NCBI GenBank assembly: GCA_016432645.1
Contig: CP066698.1
Span: forward strand, 901,062-965,061
Source: Candidatus Falkowbacteria bacterium
GTDB lineage: Bacteria > Patescibacteriota > Patescibacteriia > Patescibacteriales > UBA12465
Direction: 5' to 3'
Length of the DNA stretch: 64,000 nucleotides
Positions 57,485 to 64,000 of the stretch are shown piece by piece. Position 1 is the stretch's first letter, and each line of letters starts with the position of its first letter. The notes beneath the pieces were generated by a model. The model had not been told where the DNA came from. It saw only the letters and a list, made by a program, of their open reading frames with translations, and ran no database searches. Both the position numbers and the translations under genes were made by a program.

Positions 57485-57514
57485 TTTTGCTCCTCCTTCT
57501 TTTTAGGTGCGATA

Positions 57515-58111
57515 TTATTTTACTTCATTTCTAAATTTTAAAGCATTAGACAAGGTGGTTTCATCAGCATACTCCAAATCAGATCCAGCTGGCAAGCCCT
57601 TGGCCAATCTTGTTATTTTGATTCTATTTTTTAAGATTTTTCCTAAATATAGGGCAGTAGTTTCACCTTCCAGGGTAAAGTTTAAAGCTAAGATTAATTC
57701 TTTTATGTCTTCCGCTTGGATGCGTTTAATCAGTTTGTTAATATTTAAAGTCTCCGGCCCGACATCTTCAATCGTATTAATTAGTCCGCCAAGAACAAAA
57801 TATAAGCCGTTAAATTGTTTAGTGGACTCAATTGCATTTAAATCTTGGCTATTTTCCACTACGCATAAAGAGGCTTTGTTTCTGTTGGTATCGGCGCAAA
57901 TCGCGCAGGGGCTTGATTCGGAGATGGCTAAACAAGAGTGGCAGACGGTAGTTTTTTGTTTTAATTCCTTAATTGCTAAAGCTAAAGCCTCCAAACGTTC
58001 TTCACTTTGGTTTAAAAGATGAAAGGCATAGCGTTCGGCCGTTTTTTGACCGACACTGGGGAGAATCGCTAAGCGATCTATTAAATTTTGCAAGGCAAGC
58101 GGATATCTCAT
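57515..58111 (-). CDS. recR: recombination protein RecR
   Basis: It has LPSVGQKTAERYAFHL (HhH), a C4 zinc finger (CHSC...CAIC) and a Toprim region. Confidence 0.95.
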   Translation of the reverse strand: MRYPLALQNLIDRLAILPSVGQKTAERYAFHLLNQSEERLEALALAIKELKQKTTVCHSCLAISESSPCAICADTNRNKASLCVVENSQDLNAIESTKQFNGLYFVLGGLINTIEDVGPETLNINKLIKRIQAEDIKELILALNFTLEGETTALYLGKILKNRIKITRLAKGLPAGSDLEYADETTLSNALKFRNEVK

Positions 58112-58136
58112 ACCGCTAAAATGTTAGCTAGTTAGT

Positions 58137-58415
58137 TTATTGGGTTAAGCCAGGAATACCGCCCATATCTTGAAGTTTCTTGGCCATTAATCTTTGCGCT
58201 TTTTTGACGGCTTCGTTAAAACAATTTTTTAAAGCGTTTTCTTGCGCGGCCTTATCCATTCCACCTGCTAAAGTAATATTTAAGACTTCCATGTTGCCGT
58301 TCATTTTGATGGTGACGCCGTTTTTTTCTTCGGTAATAACTTCTTGAGCTAAAACATCTTGAATGGTTTTAGCTTGGCTTCTTAAATCACGGAACTGTTT
58401 TAATTTGCTGAACAT
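58137..58415 (-). CDS. ybaB: YbaB/EbfC nucleoid-associated protein
   Basis: 92 aa, lying next to recR as is typical, with an MGGIPGL C-terminus. Confidence 0.9.
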   Translation of the reverse strand: MFSKLKQFRDLRSQAKTIQDVLAQEVITEEKNGVTIKMNGNMEVLNITLAGGMDKAAQENALKNCFNEAVKKAQRLMAKKLQDMGGIPGLTQ

Positions 58416-58457
58416 ATTATTGTGTAATTTTTATTATTCATTTTTATTATAAATCAT

Positions 58458-59855
58458 TTAGAACTCGGTGGGAATCATTTCCCCGGGTTGTTTAGCTAAG
58501 CTTTTAAAGCTGACCGTGTTTTCATCAAAGAATAGGTCAACTCTTCCGGTCGGGCCGTTACGATGCTTAGCGATATGAATTTCGGCTTTATGTCTTTCAT
58601 CTTGCGGCAAGTCATTAGGGTTGAAACTTCGGTCGGCGGCTTTACGATAAATAAACATGACAATATCAGCATCCTGTTCAATGGAGCCGGAATCACGCAA
58701 ATGAGAAAGTTTGGGAATCGCCGGGCTGGTTTGCTCCACGGCGCGCGATAGCTGTGCTAAAGCGAGAATCGGAATATTTAATTCGCGGGCGATTGATTTG
58801 AGACCACGGCTGATTTCGGCAATTTCTTGGACGCGGTTATCACCGTATTTTCCTCGCCCCTCCATTAACTGTAAGTAGTCAATCACAATTAACCCTAGAC
58901 CCTTTTCCATTTGTAAGCGGCGCGCTTTGGCGCGGATTTCCATAATAGATAGTGTTCCAGAATCATCAATGTAAATTGGGGCTTCTGCTAGTTCACCCAT
59001 CGCCTGACCGATTTTGGCGAAATCATTATCTTCTTCTTTATCGGACAAATTACCGGTACGCATTTTCCATAAACTGACATTTGCTTGGGAGCAAAGCATG
59101 CGATCGACTAGCTGCTCCTTACTCATTTCCAAAGAGAAAATGCCGACGCCCTCTTTACTCTTGATGGCTGCTTGGCGGGCAATGTCGAGAGCAAAAGAGG
59201 TTTTACCAACGGAAGGGCGGGCGGCTAAAATTATTAAATCTGATTTTTGTAAGCCGGCTAAAACATGGTCGAGGTCAGGGAAGCCGGTTGGTAGGCCGCG
59301 CAGTTTACCACTTTGCTTATGTAAATCATCAATGCGTTCGAAAGCGTCAGTGAGTAGATTGTCAATTGGCATGAAAGCATTTTTTAAATACTTTCGGGAA
59401 ACGCCAAAAACTTTTTTTTCAGTTTCATCCAAGATTTCGTCGATTTCCCGTTCTTCGTTAAAGCTGATATTGGAAATTTCAGCGGCCGCTTGCTGCAGTC
59501 TTCTAAGAGTTGCTTTTTTTTGGATGATATTGGAGTAATGAACAATATTACCGGAGGTGGCTACAGTATTGGATAGTTTAGCTAGATAACTACGCCCGCC
59601 AATGCCGGCTAACTTTTTTTTATCTTCTAAACGATTGGAGATAGTGATAATATCAATCGGTTCCTGGTTGGCATAAAGTTCGCGCATCGCTTCAAAGATA
59701 ACTTTGTGGCCATCGCGATAGAAATCCTCAGCAGTCAGATTGTCCGCAACTTTAATAATTGCGTCTTTATCAATTAAGAGGGCTCCCAAAAGCGATTCTT
59801 CCGCTTCTTGGCTATGGGGAGGGACTTTTTCTAATAGCTCTTGTTCTTTAGGCAT
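58458..59855 (-). CDS. dnaB: replicative DNA helicase DnaB
   Basis: It has the N-terminus PPHSQEAEESLLGALL and the Walker A motif ARPSVGKTSFAL, plus IVIDYLQLM and LAQLSRAVE. Confidence 0.95.
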   Translation of the reverse strand: MPKEQELLEKVPPHSQEAEESLLGALLIDKDAIIKVADNLTAEDFYRDGHKVIFEAMRELYANQEPIDIITISNRLEDKKKLAGIGGRSYLAKLSNTVATSGNIVHYSNIIQKKATLRRLQQAAAEISNISFNEEREIDEILDETEKKVFGVSRKYLKNAFMPIDNLLTDAFERIDDLHKQSGKLRGLPTGFPDLDHVLAGLQKSDLIILAARPSVGKTSFALDIARQAAIKSKEGVGIFSLEMSKEQLVDRMLCSQANVSLWKMRTGNLSDKEEDNDFAKIGQAMGELAEAPIYIDDSGTLSIMEIRAKARRLQMEKGLGLIVIDYLQLMEGRGKYGDNRVQEIAEISRGLKSIARELNIPILALAQLSRAVEQTSPAIPKLSHLRDSGSIEQDADIVMFIYRKAADRSFNPNDLPQDERHKAEIHIAKHRNGPTGRVDLFFDENTVSFKSLAKQPGEMIPTEF

Positions 59856-59971
59856 AGACGCAGTGTTAATTACTTAAAATCTTTGCCCCTCCATCTTAAC
59901 TTAATAGGAGGGTTTTTTCAAGCAAATAAGAATCACAGTTTGTGCGCCGGTTTTCCACACTAACAATAACG

Positions 59972-59999
59972 AAAAACCGTCAAGTAGATGACGGTTTTT
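59972..59999 (-). terminator. terminator downstream of tRNA-Thr
   Basis: AAAAACCGTC-N8-GACGGTTTTT, 9 nt past the tRNA 3' end. Confidence 0.65.
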
Positions 60000-60008
60000 A
60001 GTTTAATA

Positions 60009-60084
60009 TGGAGCCGACTGTCGGGCTCGGACCGACGACCTGCTGTTTACAAGACAGCTGCTCTACCAGCTGAGCTAAGTCGGC
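60009..60084 (-). tRNA. tRNA-Thr (anticodon UGU), with encoded CCA
   Basis: The reverse complement, GCCGACTTAGCTCAGCTGGTAGAGCAGCTGTCTTGTAAACAGCAGGTCGTCGGTTCGAGCCCGACAGTCGGCTCCA, folds as a cloverleaf. It has a 7-bp acceptor stem, a GCTC/GAGC D stem, the anticodon loop CTTGTAA, and a GTCGG/CCGAC T stem with a TTCGAGC loop. Confidence 0.95.
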
Positions 60085-60100
60085 TTAAGTTAACATAGTT

Positions 60101-60129
60101 AATATAAAAGATTTTTTTTAGTTTGGCAA
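60101..60129 (-). promoter_or_regulatory. putative tRNA-Thr promoter TTGCCA-N17-TATATT (read on the minus strand)
   Basis: The -35 element is the complement of 60124-60129 and the -10 element the complement of 60101-60106, about 17 nt upstream of the tRNA 5' end. Confidence 0.5.
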
Positions 60130-60239
60130 GGGTTAAATAAAAATAGTTAGAGAAGGCCGTATTTTAGCCTTTTTATTTACTTTGCTCAGTAATTATGGGA
60201 AAATAGAAAGGTAATAATCTTGAAATTAAGCAAAAATTT

Positions 60240-61847
60240 ATGAATTTTGAGAAAATGAGAGAAATCGCTAATAAAAAAACTATTCGTGCAGTTTCAGTAG
60301 CCCTTTTGCTTTTAGCTGGTAAAACGGCGGTCGCTAATACTGAAACGGGAGCCAAGACTAACACTGAAGCCAAATCTAAGGCCGCTAGTAATAAGGAAAT
60401 AATGGCACTCAATACTGATAAAGCCGCGTTTGTTAATGATAAGAATACTTACGTTGTTTCCGGCAAGGAGATGCTGGAAATGGAAGTGGCCAATAATTTT
60501 GAATTGGTTAAGCTTGATTTTGATGTTAATTATGAGACGGATAAGGCTAATCTAGCCGAGCAGGCTCAGGTGGAAATCTCCGAACAATTTACGGGGTTTC
60601 TAGGCAACATTAATCAGGCTAATTTCCAGGCAGCGGAAGAGGCTGATTGGCAAGTTGTTAGCTCTTGTGATGAGCGGCCGACTAATGTTTGGGGCGAAAA
60701 AGGCAATGAGGCTTTAGCTACAGCGCGCGGGGAAGCGCTTATTAGATTACTGCAAGAAGATTTAAAAAAATATGAATTTTCCGGTTTAAGCGCCGAGCAG
60801 GTTGCGGCTTTGAAAAATAAAAGCATTGAAAATGCTATTGTCGCTGCGCATCAGGACCACAAAGGAGAAACTTTAATAACCGATATTATTAATCCGGAAA
60901 CCGGTCGTAATTATACCGAGGCGGAAGTGCAAGATATTAAACAAAATAACCAGGTCAAATACTTATCTTTATTGGCTCAGAATAGAATTTCTCAGTTTCG
61001 CGCGGAAATTCCGGTATTTAAATTAGAAAAAATGGGCCTTGTTGATTCGTTGCCGAGAGTGCCGAATAAAGCTCCGCATTTTGAAAATATCGAAAAGCCA
61101 GATTTAACAAGTTTGGTAAAAAAATTTCCGGAATATAAAAATATTATTTTACTTTTGGACAATAGTCCGTCAATGCGGGACGACAAGGAAAAGTTAAGCG
61201 AAGAAATTGCCAAACAGCAGAGGAGTTTAAACGGTATTAAATTTTTTATCGGTCATTATTCCGATAAATTACAAAAATTAATTTCTGCTGACAGTGCTCA
61301 GGCCGGCCAAGAAATTATCGCTGAAGTCGGGATGGGCAGCGAACACGAATTATCGGTGCAAGCCCCGGCTGAAGCCTGGGATAGGATTGGCGCCGATATT
61401 AAATCGGAAGATAAAACCTTAATCTTAGTTAATACTGATGAGGCGTTGCAGCGTTTTTCGTCAGCAGATTTAAACAAGTTAGATTCTTTACCGGATAATG
61501 TTGAAGTAAAATTTGTTTTTCATCTAGGGGGTGGTCGCTGCTTGGATATTCCACTAAGCGTTGTACAAAATAGTGTCGATAAAATAAATGACAAGGGAAT
61601 TGCTAATTTGAAAAAATTTCTGGCCAATACGGAAAAACAATTATCCAAACTGCACGTTCGCCAGCTTAATACCGCTGATCGTGATGCCGACAGACAGTTG
61701 AAAAAAATGATTACTGCTTTAGAAAAACAGCAAGCAGATATTACCGCCAGGATGGCTGGCATCAATGAATACCATGCTAGCCGTAAAATAAACTTGCATG
61801 AATTTACCGATGAAAATGGCCAGACAGCAAGATTAGAAATTTATTAA
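60240..61847 (+). CDS. secreted protein with an OmpA-C-like segment, a vWA-like MIDAS motif and a C-terminal coiled coil
   Basis: 535 aa. It has a signal-peptide-like N-terminus (TIRAVSVALLLLAGKTAVA), an OmpA-like segment (VVSSCDERPTN...GNEALATARGEALIRLL) and the DxSxS motif in IILLLDNSPSM. A heptad-rich tail ends the protein. Confidence 0.55.
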   Translation: MNFEKMREIANKKTIRAVSVALLLLAGKTAVANTETGAKTNTEAKSKAASNKEIMALNTDKAAFVNDKNTYVVSGKEMLEMEVANNFELVKLDFDVNYETDKANLAEQAQVEISEQFTGFLGNINQANFQAAEEADWQVVSSCDERPTNVWGEKGNEALATARGEALIRLLQEDLKKYEFSGLSAEQVAALKNKSIENAIVAAHQDHKGETLITDIINPETGRNYTEAEVQDIKQNNQVKYLSLLAQNRISQFRAEIPVFKLEKMGLVDSLPRVPNKAPHFENIEKPDLTSLVKKFPEYKNIILLLDNSPSMRDDKEKLSEEIAKQQRSLNGIKFFIGHYSDKLQKLISADSAQAGQEIIAEVGMGSEHELSVQAPAEAWDRIGADIKSEDKTLILVNTDEALQRFSSADLNKLDSLPDNVEVKFVFHLGGGRCLDIPLSVVQNSVDKINDKGIANLKKFLANTEKQLSKLHVRQLNTADRDADRQLKKMITALEKQQADITARMAGINEYHASRKINLHEFTDENGQTARLEIY

Positions 61848-61866
61848 AAAATTATTAAGTAAAAGT

Positions 61867-62157
61867 ATGGCTAAAAATAATATTCAAGAAGTAGTTGCCG
61901 CCATTATTGACTGTTTTTATGAAGCTCATTGTGCCGCCACGGAAATTGAAGGAAATGAATTAGATTTAAAACAATACTGCCTCTCTTTGGTTAAGGGAAA
62001 ATTTCAAGAGCAGGGAGTTGATTTTAATAATCCCACTAAGGAAGGAATTTTAAAAGTTATTAATGCTTTAGCTGCTTTTTCAAAAGATTTCCGTTCCCAG
62101 GAAGTGATTGATAAGCATAAGAGCGAGATTATAGTGCTGCTAAATAAAGTGGAATAA
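61867..62157 (+). CDS. 96-aa hypothetical protein (predicted helical)
   Basis: Intact ORF 19 nt after the upstream gene, on the same strand. I recognise no motif. Confidence 0.5.
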   Translation: MAKNNIQEVVAAIIDCFYEAHCAATEIEGNELDLKQYCLSLVKGKFQEQGVDFNNPTKEGILKVINALAAFSKDFRSQEVIDKHKSEIIVLLNKVE

Positions 62158-62198
62158 AAATTCAAGCTTTAGTTTTTTAATGTTCTAAATTAATATTT

Positions 62199-62804
62199 AT
62201 GATGCCCGATCAACAAGTTCAAACAATTTTAAGCAATGGTGAAAAAGTTTCTTGGCGCGGCGGCGTTAACCGCACCGTTATTGGAATTAATCTCGCCCTG
62301 TCATTAATTTTATTTTTGGCAATTTCCGGAGCTGTTTATTCGGTGGATACTATTAATTATTTTTCCAATGATTTTTCTCGGACAATTAGCGGCTCCACAG
62401 TGGCTACTTTAATTTTAATTTTTGGTTGTTTGTTTTCGGTGCTGATCTTCTTTTCTAACTATGTTAAAGAGTTTGTGATTACTGATAAGCGTGTTTTAAT
62501 TAAATCAGGGATTATCGGCACGGATTTTAATTCTATTTATTTTACCGAAATAAAATCGGCGAACGTTAATGTCGGCTTGGTTGATAAATTATTATCGGTA
62601 GGGACTATTAATATTGATACCGGCAAAGTTTCCAGCACTAGCGATAAAAATGGCGTGACGAGCGTCAATACCGTCTATGATAAGCTGCTGCACATTGATG
62701 CCCCTTATGAAGTTTATAAATATTTTCAAGAGGCTTTGACTGGCCGCCAAGAGAGCCTCTATTCCGGAAGAGCAGACCAAGAAAATTTGGCGGTCAGAAA
62801 ATAA
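62199..62804 (+). CDS. membrane protein with a bacterial PH (bPH_2/YdbS-YdbT-like) domain
   Basis: Two TM helices are followed by [51 protein letters not shown]. Confidence 0.65.
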   Translation: MMPDQQVQTILSNGEKVSWRGGVNRTVIGINLALSLILFLAISGAVYSVDTINYFSNDFSRTISGSTVATLILIFGCLFSVLIFFSNYVKEFVITDKRVLIKSGIIGTDFNSIYFTEIKSANVNVGLVDKLLSVGTINIDTGKVSSTSDKNGVTSVNTVYDKLLHIDAPYEVYKYFQEALTGRQESLYSGRADQENLAVRK

Positions 62805-62823
62805 TTAAATAAACGCTTTATAT

Positions 62824-63390
62824 ATGATTACGATTCCCATCGAGGTTTCGGCCCGGCATATTCATTTAAGCCGACCTGATTTTGAATTACTATTTGGCAT
62901 CGGCTATCACCTCGCGCTTTTTAAAAATATTTCTCAAACCGGTCAATATGCGGCCATGGAAAAAGTGATTTTAGAAAACGGTGATAAAAAAATAGAAAAT
63001 ATCCGCATCGTTGGTCCGGAACGGCGGGAAACACAAATTGAGCTTTCGCTAACAGAAGCACGTCAGCTCGGACTCACAATCCCGCTTGCGGTTTCCGGCG
63101 ACATTGCTCAAGCGGCTAAACTGACTATTATTGGTCCCCAAGGACAAATAAGTAAAAATTGCGCGATTATTGCCCAACGGCATATCCACGCTTCTTTAAA
63201 AGACGCGGAAAAATATCATCTCCATGACGGGCAAATCGTTTCTGTAGAATGTGGAACGCAGCGCGCGGTAATTTTTAGGCAAGTAGTTGTGCGCGTACGG
63301 GCGGATTTTGTCTGGAATTTACATTTAGACACGGACGAGGCTAATGCCGCCGGCCTCCAAGGCGGGGAAACTGGCATCTTGATAATATAA
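62824..63390 (+). CDS. pduL: phosphate acyltransferase PduL (phosphotransacetylase/propanoyltransferase type)
   Basis: It shows the duplicated PduL signature: VSARHIHLS ... IAQRHIHAS ... LHLDTDEANAAG. Confidence 0.85.
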   Translation: MITIPIEVSARHIHLSRPDFELLFGIGYHLALFKNISQTGQYAAMEKVILENGDKKIENIRIVGPERRETQIELSLTEARQLGLTIPLAVSGDIAQAAKLTIIGPQGQISKNCAIIAQRHIHASLKDAEKYHLHDGQIVSVECGTQRAVIFRQVVVRVRADFVWNLHLDTDEANAAGLQGGETGILII

Positions 63391-63406
63391 GCTAAAATTT
63401 TCATTA

Positions 63407-63435
63407 TTGACTCTCTGAACTAATTATGGTATATT
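63407..63435 (+). promoter_or_regulatory. putative promoter TTGACT-N17-TATATT
   Basis: TTGACT at 63407-63412 and TATATT at 63430-63435, upstream of the last gene in the window. Confidence 0.5.
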
Positions 63436-63438
63436 ACT

Positions 63439-63525
63439 ATGATGCTTTTTAGATTTAAGTATCCCCGATTCCGCCCTGGGAAAGTGCGGAAAACGCACAT
63501 TAACACCCAAAATTATATATTATGA
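63439..63525 (+). CDS. possible 28-aa basic micro-ORF, stop overlapping the downstream start (ATGA)
   Basis: The product is MMLFRFKYPRFRPGKVRKTHINTQNYIL. Its start lies only 4-7 nt after the predicted -10, so it would have to be leaderless. Support is weak. Confidence 0.2.
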   Translation: MMLFRFKYPRFRPGKVRKTHINTQNYIL

Positions 63526-64000
63526 CAATGACGGCTAAGTATTTAGAAGAATTGCGGACGACGGAATCGGAGCCGCTAGAAACTATTACCGCGCTTCAGG
63601 CCGGTAAGATTAAATTTTATTCAGTAATTGAAAATTTACTGATTGAATCTTTGAGCGGGAAAATGCTGATTGCTGATTTTGCTAGCAGATTTCATTTTAT
63701 TGATCCAGATTTTCGTCTTTATGACCTTGATCAGCCTAGTTTGGAGACCGACGCTATTTTAGTTGATGTTAAAGAATTTAAATCCGGAAACGCCACTTTA
63801 GCCCAGATATTTCTGCGGCTGAGCGATGATTTAGAAAAGATTGTTTTAACACCAGCGCAGATTTTGCGTTTTTGTCTAAAATTTTCCAAGCACTTATCTC
63901 AAGGAGACTGCGGGACTTTTTTTCCGACTAGGATTGGAAAAAAGTATTATTGTTTTTATATTTATTCCGATGACGGCTGGTATTTACACGTCACTAGAAT
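63522..64000 (+). CDS. hypothetical protein, N-terminal 159 aa (runs off the window end)
   Basis: The frame is open from the ATG at 63522 to the window end (MTMTAKYLEELRTTESEPLE...). It is not in the ORF track because it has no stop, and I recognise no motif. Confidence 0.5.
   Translation, partial: MTMTAKYLEELRTTESEPLETITALQAGKIKFYSVIENLLIESLSGKMLIADFASRFHFIDPDFRLYDLDQPSLETDAILVDVKEFKSGNATLAQIFLRLSDDLEKIVLTPAQILRFCLKFSKHLSQGDCGTFFPTRIGKKYYCFYIYSDDGWYLHVTR

Noticed and set aside
57507-58022. 171-aa plus-strand ORF in the supplied track
   Set aside because: It lies entirely antisense to the well-supported recR gene. Its low-complexity Ser/Lys/Phe-rich product has no motifs. It is a shadow ORF typical of AT-rich DNA.
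59014-59538. 174-aa plus-strand ORF
   Set aside because: It is antisense to dnaB, whose motifs are unambiguous. The product is Ser/Arg/Lys-rich and looks like a non-coding shadow frame.
59887-59918. CCCTCC-N14-GGAGGG hairpin followed by T6 on the plus strand, upstream of dnaB
   Set aside because: It is oriented as a plus-strand terminator, yet no plus-strand gene precedes it. On the minus strand it overlaps a plausible dnaB promoter (TTGAAA-N17-TAAGAT) and lies too far (~31 nt) from the ATG to act as an SD-sequestering element. Its function cannot be determined from sequence.
59951-59959. DnaA-box-like 9-mer TTTTCCACA near dnaB, with a second near-match TGTGGATTA at 11164-11172. Is this a possible oriC?
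   Set aside because: These are single, one-mismatch occurrences tens of kb apart. There is no cluster, no AT-rich unwinding element adjacent to boxes, and no dnaA or dnaN gene. This is not evidence for an origin.
60009-62804. tRNA-Thr-associated genomic island holding the unknown genes
   Set aside because: There is no integrase, no transposase, and no direct repeat of the tRNA 3' end. The unknown genes flank the tRNA 5' side rather than its 3' end, where integrative elements usually insert. By eye there is no obvious compositional break.

Overview
This is a compact, AT-rich bacterial chromosomal window. Intergenic regions are very short, many stop and start codons overlap, and almost no Shine-Dalgarno motifs are visible. 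The gene content is reduced: Suf only, F1Fo ATPase, PduL, an orphan trpB and many envelope glycosyltransferases. By inference this fits a Patescibacteria/CPR (Parcubacteria-like) genome; I cannot confirm that without a database search. The genetic code looks standard, since TGA is used as a stop.

Gene order along the window:
- partial hypothetical gene, aldo/keto reductase, MgtA-type P-type ATPase, SpoU methyltransferase
- Rrf2 regulator with sufCBDSU, then a stand-alone trpB
- TPR-tailed polytopic membrane protein, GT2, DDxxD isoprenoid-synthase-like protein
- histidine kinase and OmpR-type regulator, divergent from a class B PBP
- a CIRCE-controlled heat-shock block: hrcA, grpE, hsp20, dnaK, dnaJ
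- a Cys/His-rich micro-protein, then tatD
- a complete atpI-like plus atpBEFHAGDC operon, ending in a beta-carbonic-anhydrase-like gene
- uppP, a cytidylyltransferase-like gene, mltG and three very large envelope proteins
- miaB, miaA, gatB
- a dTMP module: dCMP deaminase, long ThyX-like protein, P-loop kinase, Tmk-Dut fusion
- DUF167, three GT2 genes, galU, a PEGA protein, murA, rplU
- dnaB, ybaB, recR and a small membrane protein, then tRNA-Thr(UGU)
- a terminal block of unknowns: a secreted OmpA-like/vWA protein, a 96-aa protein, a bPH membrane protein, pduL and a partial unknown

I saw no CRISPR array, transposase, integrase or rRNA.

The candidates most worth follow-up are:
- the self-contained CCHKGED-repeat micro-protein
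- the beta-CA-like gene appended to the atp operon
- the DUF1653-GrpE and Tmk-Dut fusions and the long ThyX-like protein
- the DDxxD protein beside polyprenyl-phosphate glycosylation genes
- the secreted OmpA-like/vWA protein

I cannot demonstrate a single coherent new multi-gene system from sequence alone. All family assignments rest on motif recognition by eye.
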